A stretch of 64,000 bases of DNA, from assembly GCA_902539295.1 (NCBI GenBank), contig CACBIM010000007.1, positions 31,837 through 95,836 of the forward strand, written 5' to 3'. A model generated the notes under the pieces. It was given only the letters and a program-made list of their open reading frames with translations. It had not been told where the DNA came from and searched no databases. Below, piece by piece: positions 9,716 through 18,820 of the stretch. The position numbers were made by a program, and so were the translations under genes. Source of the stretch: an uncultured SAR116 cluster alpha proteobacterium (GTDB lineage Bacteria; Pseudomonadota; Alphaproteobacteria; Puniceispirillales; GCA-002684695). How positions within the stretch are numbered: position 1 is the first letter of the stretch; each line of letters begins with the position of its first letter.

Positions 9716-9793
9716 TAGTAACTTATGATTAAATAAAATTTTAATGTCAAAAGTTTGATGGAATAAATTAAAAAACAAAATGAAAGCAAGAAA

Positions 9794-10765
9794 ATGAATA
9801 CTATATTATCTTTAACAGAGTTGCCAAAAGGAAACGCTAAAGGGTTGCTTGGTTTCCCTTTAAATTTGGATTTAGAGAAAATTGATGCCCATATAGCTAT
9901 TCTTGGTGTTCCTTATGGGTTGCCTTATTACCCAAGTGAAATGGCTAATGATCAAAGCAGAGCTCCAGATATCTTAAGACAAAATGCACAAGATGCCGCT
10001 TGGGATGAGCCTAGAACATTACATCATTTTGATTGGGATCTTGGTGGCCCGTTGCTTAATAATAAGGACATTAAAATTGTTGATTTGGGGAACGTAACAG
10101 CAGATTTTAGAGATCCTAGGGAACACTATAACAGGGCAGAGAGAGTGGCTAGTAAGATATTTTCTTCAAATATTACTTTAATATCAATTGGAGGAGATCA
10201 TGGTATTCCAATTCCAATAATGAGGGCAATTCCTGAAAACAAACCAGTTGTTCTAATTCAAATTGACGCTCATATGGATTGGAGAGACGAAGTAAATGGT
10301 GAGAGAGAAGGGTATTCAAGTCCAATAAAAAGAGCTTCAGAATTAAAATCAGTAAACTCTATTTTTCAGATTGGATTAAGAGGAGTAGGCAGCGGAAGGC
10401 AAGAAGAATTTGAACAAGCAAAAGCATATGGTTCTAATTTGATAAGTGCTTATGAGGTTCATGATGTCGGTATACAAAATATTCTTAACAGAATACCTGA
10501 TGGCGTGAATTTTTACTTAACCATTGATGCAGATGGAATGGATCCAACAATAATGCCAGCAGTTAATGCTCCAACACCTGGAGGATTGAATTGGGTTCAA
10601 ATTAGAGAGTTAATTCATGGAATAGTTAAGAAGGGAAAAGTTATTGGATTAGACTTAGTAGAGATTTCACCAAGCTTTGAGAAGGGTAACACAACGCTTA
10701 TTCACGCAGAGAGGCTCATTTGTAATTTTATAGGCTCTGCAGTTAGGGCTGGCTATTATGATTAG
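9794..10765 (+). CDS. arginase-family ureohydrolase, paralogue 2
   Basis: GGDHGIPIP, DAHMDWRD and TIDADGMDPTIMPAV. By eye about half of positions are identical to the 3295..4251 product. Confidence 0.9.
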   Translation: MNTILSLTELPKGNAKGLLGFPLNLDLEKIDAHIAILGVPYGLPYYPSEMANDQSRAPDILRQNAQDAAWDEPRTLHHFDWDLGGPLLNNKDIKIVDLGNVTADFRDPREHYNRAERVASKIFSSNITLISIGGDHGIPIPIMRAIPENKPVVLIQIDAHMDWRDEVNGEREGYSSPIKRASELKSVNSIFQIGLRGVGSGRQEEFEQAKAYGSNLISAYEVHDVGIQNILNRIPDGVNFYLTIDADGMDPTIMPAVNAPTPGGLNWVQIRELIHGIVKKGKVIGLDLVEISPSFEKGNTTLIHAERLICNFIGSAVRAGYYD

Positions 10766-10797
10766 ACATTAATGTTAAAATATCATTTATTTCAGTC

Positions 10798-12060
10798 ATG
10801 GTTGAAACAAAAAAATTAAAAAGAATATTTGAGAATATTGAAAACTATGAAGGATACGTGAAATCCTTTGTTAAAGGTACGTTTAATAAAAACCAAATTT
10901 TGAAATCTCTATCTGATAATCACTCAAAAAATACAAAATTACTGCCCCTCAAAGACATTTTTTTTGGTGTTAAAGATATAATTAATATTGAAGGTTACCC
11001 CACACGTTGTGGATCAAATCTTCCACATGAGCTATTTGGTGGTCAACAAGCAAGTGTAGTAAATAATTTACTAAATGCTGGTGCTAGCTTTATTGCAAAA
11101 ACAGTTACTGCAGAATTTGCAATTTCGGATCCAGGTGAAACAAGAAACCCAAGAAATCTTCTGCACACACCAGGAGGGTCCTCAAGTGGCTCAGGTGCTG
11201 CTGTAGCAGCAGAGTTCTGTGATTTTGCAATTGGAACACAGACATGTGGGTCTGTTATAAGACCTGCAGGATACTGTGGGGTAGTTGGATATAAACCTAG
11301 CTTTGACCGGATCGGAAAAGATGGTGTTTTATTATTTTCAAAATCAATGGATCACATTGGAATTATTGCAAAGAGCATTGAACTACTAGAAATTATTTTA
11401 CCTGTAATTGTAAATAATTGGGAGAATTGTAATGAAAAAAATGATGATCAAATCGTTTTGGCTATTCCTGAAGGGTCTTATTTAAATTTAGCAAAACCTA
11501 AAATTTTAAAACAATTTAATTTAACTACAGAGAAATTGAAAAGTAATTTTGAAGTAATAAAGCTAAAATTGATTAAAAATATTTCTTATTATAATGACTT
11601 GCTTGATAAAATAACATTTGCTGAATTGTTTTCTGTACACTCTCCTTGGTTTGAAAAATATAAAGATTTATATCAGCCTTTAAGTAAAAAAACTTTGATG
11701 CTGGGAAAGAAAATATCTGAAGATGAACTGGCAGCTTATCTTGATGAAGCAAAATTAATTCAGAATTATGTTCAAACATTAATGAAAGATAGTAAAGTTG
11801 ACGCATGGATTGCACCTGTAGCACCTGATTTTGCTCCATTAGGTTTAAATACAACTGGTGATTACAGAATGAATTCAATTTGGAGCCTAACAGGTTTGCC
11901 TGTTATCACAATACCAACTGGAGTAAATAATGAAAACTTGCCATATTCCTTGCAAATAATTGGTAACTTTGGCGAGGATGAAAAATTACTTCAAATTTCA
12001 AGGATGATTGTAAACAATTTAAGTATTTCCAAAATACAAAATGAATGGGATATGAATTAA
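10798..12060 (+). CDS. amidase-signature (AS) family amidase
   Basis: AS core GGSSSGSGAAVAAEFCDFAIGTQTCGSVIRPAGYCGVVGYKPS. Confidence 0.88.
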   Translation: MVETKKLKRIFENIENYEGYVKSFVKGTFNKNQILKSLSDNHSKNTKLLPLKDIFFGVKDIINIEGYPTRCGSNLPHELFGGQQASVVNNLLNAGASFIAKTVTAEFAISDPGETRNPRNLLHTPGGSSSGSGAAVAAEFCDFAIGTQTCGSVIRPAGYCGVVGYKPSFDRIGKDGVLLFSKSMDHIGIIAKSIELLEIILPVIVNNWENCNEKNDDQIVLAIPEGSYLNLAKPKILKQFNLTTEKLKSNFEVIKLKLIKNISYYNDLLDKITFAELFSVHSPWFEKYKDLYQPLSKKTLMLGKKISEDELAAYLDEAKLIQNYVQTLMKDSKVDAWIAPVAPDFAPLGLNTTGDYRMNSIWSLTGLPVITIPTGVNNENLPYSLQIIGNFGEDEKLLQISRMIVNNLSISKIQNEWDMN

Positions 12061-12068
12061 TCTAAAGT

Positions 12069-12887
12069 ATGTCTTATAAAACATTTCAAATTTCTGATGG
12101 TATTTCTCTGATCCAAGAGACACACGTTGCTAATTTTATGCGATGTAATATTTGGCATATTAAGGGTCAAGAATTTGATCTACTAATTGATACTGGTATG
12201 GGATTAAGCTCATTAAAAAAATATATTTTAGAAGAAACATCTAAACCAATAAAAGCAATTGTAACGCACTCTCATTTTGATCATTGTGGTTCCTTACATG
12301 AATTTAATTGCAGGCTTGGTCATAAAAATGAGGAAGATATCCTAGAGAAAACCCTTAATGATAAGATTGTATTTTCAGGTGCATGGAAAGAAATAGAAAT
12401 CATTGATAGAAAACAATTTCCTGAATACTCAGGTGAAAAGTATACTGTAACACCAGCTTCATTGACAGGTTATTTGGATGAAGGTGATGTAATTGATTTA
12501 GGAAGCCGAGCATTTAATATTTTACATTTGCCAGGGCACTCACCAGGTTCCATTGGTTTGTTAGACTTGAAATCTAAAGAACTTTTTAGTGGCGATGCTT
12601 TATATGACGGAGAATTACTTGATAATTTATATCATTCAGACCCAAAACTATATGAAAAAACTCTAAGCAGAATTATTAAACTTGATGTTAACATTTTTCA
12701 TGGAGGACATTTCCCTTCATTTGGAAAGAATAGAGCAAAAGAAATTATTAACAATTATTTTTCAGGTCAGAATAAAATAAAAGATGTTAAATTGTGGTTT
12801 AATAAATCAAAAGGCATGAGCAAAGATATTTTTTCTGACCAAAATTGGGATTCGTCAATAAAATTGATATCTCAAAATGAGATATAA
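12069..12887 (+). CDS. MBL-fold metallo-hydrolase
   Basis: HxHxDH motif (THSHFDHCG), later HLPGHSPG and a distal His. Last gene of the 8582-12887 operon. Confidence 0.85.
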   Translation: MSYKTFQISDGISLIQETHVANFMRCNIWHIKGQEFDLLIDTGMGLSSLKKYILEETSKPIKAIVTHSHFDHCGSLHEFNCRLGHKNEEDILEKTLNDKIVFSGAWKEIEIIDRKQFPEYSGEKYTVTPASLTGYLDEGDVIDLGSRAFNILHLPGHSPGSIGLLDLKSKELFSGDALYDGELLDNLYHSDPKLYEKTLSRIIKLDVNIFHGGHFPSFGKNRAKEIINNYFSGQNKIKDVKLWFNKSKGMSKDIFSDQNWDSSIKLISQNEI

Positions 12888-13006
12888 AAATTTTTACTTG
12901 TTGCAAATTATTTCCTATTTAAATAAAATAATATAATTAATCAGGTCGGTCACAGCCCTGTATAAAAAAAGGCCAATTGAATTGTTAAGACTACTAGGGA
13001 TTTTTA

Positions 13007-13234
13007 ATGGTTTTATTTGGAAACTTTTTCAATGGAAATGCTCTTAAGGGTAAAGATGCTTCTTTTAAAGTGGGTCAAAAAATACAATCAAAATCAAATG
13101 GTTCAATATGCTCTATCAAAAGAGAGATAACTCTTAATAATATTAAACATTTTGAAATTTGTATTGAAAATGATGTTGCTAAAAGAGAAATAATTTTGAG
13201 TGAACACGCACTCAAACTTAATTATCAATTATAG
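13007..13234 (+). CDS. hypothetical small protein
   Basis: 75-aa ORF only, with no recognisable motif. Confidence 0.3.
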   Translation: MVLFGNFFNGNALKGKDASFKVGQKIQSKSNGSICSIKREITLNNIKHFEICIENDVAKREIILSEHALKLNYQL

Positions 13235-13237
13235 TCT

Positions 13238-13750
13238 TTAATTTATATTATTCGCTTTTTCTTCAAGTCTTTTTGTTTCTGCAAGATAGCTGTTTAAGCT
13301 TATAACTTTGCGACTGTATTTATCCTGAAGTTCTAGTAAGTCTATTTCAATTTCAAGAAGTTGTGCTTTTACTGATTTTTGTTTTACATTTTTAGTTTTT
13401 GAAGATGTTTTTTTGCCGCCTGAACTGAAAATTAAAAAAAATATAAAAAATATAATTAATACTAAAATGAACAAAGCTGCTATTTGTCCATTTGCGCTTA
13501 AAGAACTAACAAAAGAATTGTAAATCAATTTAAGATCGTTGAATTCTAAATTAAGTCTTTCGATAACAATTTTGTAAATAATAACAAAAAATTTTGTTAT
13601 TTGATTTATTGATTCATTAATAATGCTGGTGTCAAAATTAAATTTTGAGACTGTTAAATTATATAAAGAGGCAATATAGTTTAAGATTTCAATAATCTTT
13701 TCATATAATAAACTAGTATATTTATTTAACTGGTTATTTATATCTGACAT
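13238..13750 (-). CDS. hypothetical membrane-anchored coiled-coil protein
   Basis: 170 aa with one strong TM helix (IAALFILVLIIFFIFFLIF), then a Lys-rich linker and a heptad-like C-terminus. Confidence 0.5.
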   Translation of the reverse strand: MSDINNQLNKYTSLLYEKIIEILNYIASLYNLTVSKFNFDTSIINESINQITKFFVIIYKIVIERLNLEFNDLKLIYNSFVSSLSANGQIAALFILVLIIFFIFFLIFSSGGKKTSSKTKNVKQKSVKAQLLEIEIDLLELQDKYSRKVISLNSYLAETKRLEEKANNIN

Positions 13751-13929
13751 TTTGTTAAATCTCTAAAAACAAAATTATTATAACTTTTTCGAATTTATAC
13801 CAATTATATTTGGTTGCAATATATATTGCCATGAAAGCGTCTTAATTGTGGCAAGCAAACCTCATTCTTTCACAAAATTACCAACAAAAATTCATTTTGA
13901 TATAAATTTTATTGATTAATTATAGATAC

Positions 13930-14175
13930 ATGAAAGCAATTAAAATAATTTTAAACTTTTTATATTTACTAATATTTATTTATCCTACTTTGTCTTATTC
14001 ATGTAATATTGAAGTGAAAGATTTAGTATTAAAATCTGAAGTTTCAGAGAAATTCACTAATCAAAAATTTCTAATTAAATCTGGTGAAAAATGGTTTCAT
14101 ATATCTCAAGATAAAGAATGCTGGATAAGAATAAGAGAAATTAAAAGTAAAGAAAATAAAATCAATTTGAAATAA
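13930..14175 (+). CDS. hypothetical small secreted protein
   Basis: Signal-peptide-like MKAIKIILNFLYLLIFIYPTLSYSC. I prefer the ATG at 13930 over the TTG at 13912 in the ORF track. Confidence 0.4.
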   Translation: MKAIKIILNFLYLLIFIYPTLSYSCNIEVKDLVLKSEVSEKFTNQKFLIKSGEKWFHISQDKECWIRIREIKSKENKINLK

Positions 14176-14228
14176 ATATACTTTTCTCATTTATAATTAT
14201 AAGAATTTATATTAGATATATTTAATTT

Positions 14229-15158
14229 ATGAGACCTGGTGCATTCTTTAATGATGGTAAATTTTACAAGGGAAACCTTCATACTCATTCAACAAATTCG
14301 GATGGCGTTTTATCGCCTGAAATAGTATGTAAAAAATATAAACAAGAAGGTTATGATTTTTTATGTATTTCAGATCATTTTGTGGGTACTTTTAATTACC
14401 CCGTGACAGATACTACAAAGTTTAGAGATGATCAATTTACTACTCTTTTAGGTGCAGAAGTCCATTCAGGCTCAATGTTAAATGGGCAGCTTTGGCATAT
14501 ACTTGCTGTAGGATTGTCAATGGATTTTACACCTTCTAATTCTCCTAATTTTACCCCTCATGACAATCAGGAAACTGGTCCTGAGCTTGCTAAAAGATGT
14601 TTTGAAAATGGGGCGTTTGTAACAATTGCTCATCCTCAGTGGTCTGGTTTAACTGTTAATGACGCGGAAACTATTCTAGATGCACATGCTGTAGAAATTT
14701 ACAATCATGGTTGTGCGGTTGATAGTGACAGAGGTGATGGGGCTCATTTAATTGATCTTATGCTTTCACAAGGAAGAAAATTGAATGTAATAGCTACAGA
14801 TGACGCACATTTTAGGACAAATGATTTTTTTGGAGGTTGGGTTGAGGTCAAATCTAAATTAAATGAACCTGAGCATCTGCTTAAGTCTTTAAAGGAGGGG
14901 AATTATTACTCCTCTCAAGGACCAAAAATAATTGATTTATCTATTACAAGGGATAAGCTTGAAGTTGAAACTTCACCAGTGGCCTCAATTATACTGGTTG
15001 GCTACGGTTCAGCATCAATTGTCAAACATGGTAATGAAATGAAAAAAACTGTTATAAATTTTCCTAAAGGCGCAAAAAGCCCTTGGGTGAGGGTCATTGT
15101 TATCGATCAAAACGGAAAAAAAGCTTGGACAAATCCTATATGGACCGAAGAACTTTGA
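14229..15158 (+). CDS. PHP-domain metal-dependent phosphoesterase
   Basis: N-terminal GNLHTHSTNSDG, later SDHF, AHP and DDAH metal-ligand motifs of the PHP fold. Confidence 0.8.
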   Translation: MRPGAFFNDGKFYKGNLHTHSTNSDGVLSPEIVCKKYKQEGYDFLCISDHFVGTFNYPVTDTTKFRDDQFTTLLGAEVHSGSMLNGQLWHILAVGLSMDFTPSNSPNFTPHDNQETGPELAKRCFENGAFVTIAHPQWSGLTVNDAETILDAHAVEIYNHGCAVDSDRGDGAHLIDLMLSQGRKLNVIATDDAHFRTNDFFGGWVEVKSKLNEPEHLLKSLKEGNYYSSQGPKIIDLSITRDKLEVETSPVASIILVGYGSASIVKHGNEMKKTVINFPKGAKSPWVRVIVIDQNGKKAWTNPIWTEEL

Positions 15159-15265
15159 TGTATTTAATTATTTGGAGAAAATTAAATAGTTAATTGCATT
15201 AAGTAAAAATTCCAATATTATTAATTTTTAAAAATTTTGTTTGTTGTTTGAGGAAATATTAATTT

Positions 15266-16348
15266 ATGTCCAATAAAAATGATTCGTTTGTAGTATTTGA
15301 CAGGGTTCAAAAAAGTTATGATGGCTTAAGCCTTGTTGTCAAAGATCTAAACTTACATATTAAGAAAGGTGAATTTCTTACTATGCTTGGTCCATCTGGG
15401 TCAGGGAAGACTACATGTTTGTTAATGTTGGCAGGATTTGAAACAGCTACTCATGGTGAAATCCTTTTAGATGGCAAGCCAATCAATAATATTCCTCCTC
15501 ACAAGAGAGGAATTGGGATGGTTTTTCAAAACTATGCTTTATTTCCTCATATGACTGTTGGAGAAAACCTATCATTCCCACTAGAGGTTAGAAAAATTAG
15601 TAAAAATGATAGAGAGGAAAAAGTATTACAAGCTCTTGAAATGGTGCAAATGACAGATTTTATAAACAGGAAACCTGCACAACTGTCTGGAGGACAGCAA
15701 CAGAGAATCGCTTTAGCAAGAAGCCTTGTTTTTAATCCTGATCTTGTGTTGATGGATGAACCGTTAGGTGCTCTTGACAAACAATTAAGAGAACATATGC
15801 AATATGAGATAAAAAATCTACACAAGCAACTAGGTGTTACTGTTGTTTACGTTACTCACGATCAGTCAGAGGCGCTAACAATGTCAGATAGAGTAGCTGT
15901 TTTTAATGATGGACAAATACAACAGTTATCAACACCTGATGGACTTTACGAGAGACCTGAAAATGCCTTTGTTGCTCAATTTATTGGTGAAAACAATAAA
16001 TTAACAGGAAAAGTTAAGAGTGTAAATAATAGTGAAGTGACTGTTAAAACATCTCAAAATATGGAAATTAAAGCGTTAAAAGTAAATTGTGGTGAAGTAG
16101 GAACTAATACAACTTTATCTATAAGACCTGAAAGAATACATCTTAACCGTAAATATAAAAACAAAGTAGATGCTACTATAAAACAACTAATATACCATGG
16201 CGATCATATTAGATGTCTCATAAAAATTGATAAAGATAATGATTTTATTGTAAAAATACCAAATTCAAATATAAAGAGCACTCTTAAAATAGGAGAAAAA
16301 ATACCCATAAGTTGGGATACTATGGATTGTCATGCATTAGATGCATGA
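15266..16348 (+). CDS. ABC transporter ATP-binding protein (PotA/spermidine-putrescine type with C-terminal TOBE-like domain)
   Basis: GPSGSGKTT, LSGGQQQR, LVLMDEPLGALD and VTHDQSEA. 360 aa. Confidence 0.92.
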   Translation: MSNKNDSFVVFDRVQKSYDGLSLVVKDLNLHIKKGEFLTMLGPSGSGKTTCLLMLAGFETATHGEILLDGKPINNIPPHKRGIGMVFQNYALFPHMTVGENLSFPLEVRKISKNDREEKVLQALEMVQMTDFINRKPAQLSGGQQQRIALARSLVFNPDLVLMDEPLGALDKQLREHMQYEIKNLHKQLGVTVVYVTHDQSEALTMSDRVAVFNDGQIQQLSTPDGLYERPENAFVAQFIGENNKLTGKVKSVNNSEVTVKTSQNMEIKALKVNCGEVGTNTTLSIRPERIHLNRKYKNKVDATIKQLIYHGDHIRCLIKIDKDNDFIVKIPNSNIKSTLKIGEKIPISWDTMDCHALDA

Positions 16349-16447
16349 TAAAGTACTGGTAAAACATTGAAAAATTAATGTATTATTAGTAATTAATAAC
16401 TAAAATAAATTAAAAACTTAAATTTTGAGTTCAAAAGGAGAGAATTT

Positions 16448-17527
16448 ATGAAATTAAAATCACTTTTAATTGGTGTTGCAAGTTCAACACTTATTGTAAG
16501 TGCCGCATCTGCAGGTTCAATAACTGCTGTATCTTGGGGTGGCGCTTACACAAAGTCTCAGGTTGAAGCATATCATAAGCCTTGGACTGCCAAAACTGGT
16601 CACCAAGTAGTCTCTGAAGATTATGGAGGGGGTCTCGCTGAAGTTAGATCTCAAGTTGAAGCCGGAAATGTGACTTGGGATATAGTTGATGTTGAGCTTT
16701 CAGATGCTGTTCTAGGATGTGATGAAGGACTTTTTGAAGAAATTGATGCTTCTATGCTGCCAGCAGGTTCTGATGGTACTCCAGCATCTGATGACTTCAT
16801 TCCAAACACAATAACTGATTGTGCTGTAGGAAATATTGTATGGTCAACAATTTTTGCATATGATTTTGAAAAAATGCCTAACGGTCCAAAAACAATGGCT
16901 GATTTTTTTGATCTAGAAAATTTTCCTGGAAAAAGAGGTTTGAGAAGAGGCCCAAAGCCAAATCTAGAAATGGCTCTTATGGCTGACGGTGTTCCAGCTG
17001 ATTATGTTTACATAGTCTTATCAACAGAAGAAGGTGTTGACCGTGCTTTTGCTAAGCTTGATACTATCAAAGATAGCGTTGTTTGGTGGGAAGCAGGAGC
17101 TCAGCCACCACAACTTTTAGCTGACGGTGAAGTTGTTATGACAACAGCTTACAACGGCCGAATTTTTAATGCTGTCGCAGCTGAGGGAAAGCCTTTCACA
17201 ATTGTATGGGATGGTCAGGTTTATGATATAGATTTATGGGCAATTCCAAAAGGCGCTCCTAATAAAGATTTAGCAATGGAGTTTATGGTATTTTCAACTG
17301 AAACAGAACAATTAGCAGCTCAGGCATCATGGATTTCTTATGGTCCAGTGAGACAATCTTCTGCTGCTTTAGTCAGTTCTTACCATAACCAACCGGATCT
17401 AAAAATGGCTCCTCATATGCCTACAGATCCAAAGAACTTTACAAACGCAATTCAAAATAATTTTGCTTGGTGGGCAGATAACCAAGATGAATTGAATGAG
17501 CGTTTTAATGCTTGGTTAGCAAACTAA
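16448..17527 (+). CDS. periplasmic solute-binding protein (family 1, PotD/PotF-like)
   Basis: Signal peptide MKLKSLLIGVASSTLIVSAASAG. Position within the pot-like operon. By eye it is noticeably less AT-rich than its neighbours. Confidence 0.85.
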   Translation: MKLKSLLIGVASSTLIVSAASAGSITAVSWGGAYTKSQVEAYHKPWTAKTGHQVVSEDYGGGLAEVRSQVEAGNVTWDIVDVELSDAVLGCDEGLFEEIDASMLPAGSDGTPASDDFIPNTITDCAVGNIVWSTIFAYDFEKMPNGPKTMADFFDLENFPGKRGLRRGPKPNLEMALMADGVPADYVYIVLSTEEGVDRAFAKLDTIKDSVVWWEAGAQPPQLLADGEVVMTTAYNGRIFNAVAAEGKPFTIVWDGQVYDIDLWAIPKGAPNKDLAMEFMVFSTETEQLAAQASWISYGPVRQSSAALVSSYHNQPDLKMAPHMPTDPKNFTNAIQNNFAWWADNQDELNERFNAWLAN

Positions 17528-17532
17528 TACAG

Positions 17533-17558
17533 TAAGGGAGGGCTATTGCCCTCCCTTA
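17533..17558 (+). promoter_or_regulatory. GC-rich intercistronic stem-loop after the SBP gene
   Basis: TAAGGGAGGGC-TATT-GCCCTCCCTTA: an 11-bp perfect stem starting 6 nt after the SBP stop. No U-tract follows. Confidence 0.75.
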
Positions 17559-17569
17559 ACTTAAATTCA

Positions 17570-18820
17570 ATGGATACTAGTGTTGAAACTCTCAAAACTG
17601 CTGACGGTACGCCTTTAAAAAAGAAACTCCAGCAGTCACTATTTAGAAATAAATTAAGGGCTTTTGGTTTAGTATCTCCGCTGTTAATTTTCTTGTTATT
17701 TTTATTTGTTCTGCCAATAGCGCTATTGCTTTGGCAAGGCGTTTATGATCCTAGATTTAGTAATTTAATGCCTGAAACATCGAATATACTTGAAGATTGG
17801 GATGGTGTGTCTGAGCCTACTGAAGATATGTATGCAGCTTTAGTAGTTGACTTAGTTAATGCAAAAAAAAATAAAACAATTGGTAAGGTTGCTACGCGTG
17901 TTAACAGGGAGCTTTCAGGAACTCGTTCTTTATTTACTTCAACTGCAAGAAAGGCATCAAAGTTAAAGGCACCATATAAAAAATCCCTTAAAAAAGTTAA
18001 AAAGAAATGGGTTGAAATAGAAACTTGGCAGGCAATGAAAGTTGCTTCAAATGTTTATACAGTTGGCTTTGTAGCTGCAGCTTTAGATTATAAATTAAAT
18101 GCTGATGGGACAATTACAAGACAAGAGGAAGATAGACGCATCCATATAAAACTATTTATTAGAACATTAGAAATTTCTCTTATTGTTACTTTAGCATCAC
18201 TATTGTTAGGTTATCCAATTGCCTACTTGATGGCATCTTTACCACTCAGAACTTCAAACCTTTTATTAATTTTAGTATTATTACCATTTTGGACTTCACT
18301 TTTAGTAAGAACTACTGCTTGGATAGCCATGCTTCAGGGTGAGGGGGTTATGAATGATTTATTTGTTGTATTTGGATTTGCTGAGGATGATGATCGTTTT
18401 TCCCTCATATATAATAAGACAGGTGTCCTAATAGCAATGACACATATATTACTGCCTTTTATGGTATTGCCAATTTATTCAGTTATGAAAACAATATCTC
18501 CATCTTATGTAAGAGCGGCCAAGTCTTTAGGTGCAACTAATTGGACTGCTTTTTGGCGAGTTTATGTTCCTCAAACAATCCCTGGGGTCGGCGCTGGTGC
18601 AATTCTAGTTTTTATTTTAGCTATTGGTTATTATATAACGCCAGCATTGGTTGGTGGTCAGGACGGACAGATGATTTCTAACTTTATTGATTTTCATATG
18701 AGAAAATCACTTAATTGGAACCTTGCTGCAGCCATGGGATTGGTTTTGCTTGTAATTATCCTTTTCCTATTTTGGATATATGACCGAGTTGTGGGCATAG
18801 ATAATATGAAGTTAGGTTGA
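17570..18820 (+). CDS. ABC transporter permease (PotB-like) with a large periplasmic insertion
   Basis: C-terminal half has the permease core and EAA-type loop (YVRAAKSLGATNWTAFWRVYVPQ). I prefer the ATG at 17570, because the TTG at 17546 lies inside the hairpin. Confidence 0.85.
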   Translation: MDTSVETLKTADGTPLKKKLQQSLFRNKLRAFGLVSPLLIFLLFLFVLPIALLLWQGVYDPRFSNLMPETSNILEDWDGVSEPTEDMYAALVVDLVNAKKNKTIGKVATRVNRELSGTRSLFTSTARKASKLKAPYKKSLKKVKKKWVEIETWQAMKVASNVYTVGFVAAALDYKLNADGTITRQEEDRRIHIKLFIRTLEISLIVTLASLLLGYPIAYLMASLPLRTSNLLLILVLLPFWTSLLVRTTAWIAMLQGEGVMNDLFVVFGFAEDDDRFSLIYNKTGVLIAMTHILLPFMVLPIYSVMKTISPSYVRAAKSLGATNWTAFWRVYVPQTIPGVGAGAILVFILAIGYYITPALVGGQDGQMISNFIDFHMRKSLNWNLAAAMGLVLLVIILFLFWIYDRVVGIDNMKLG

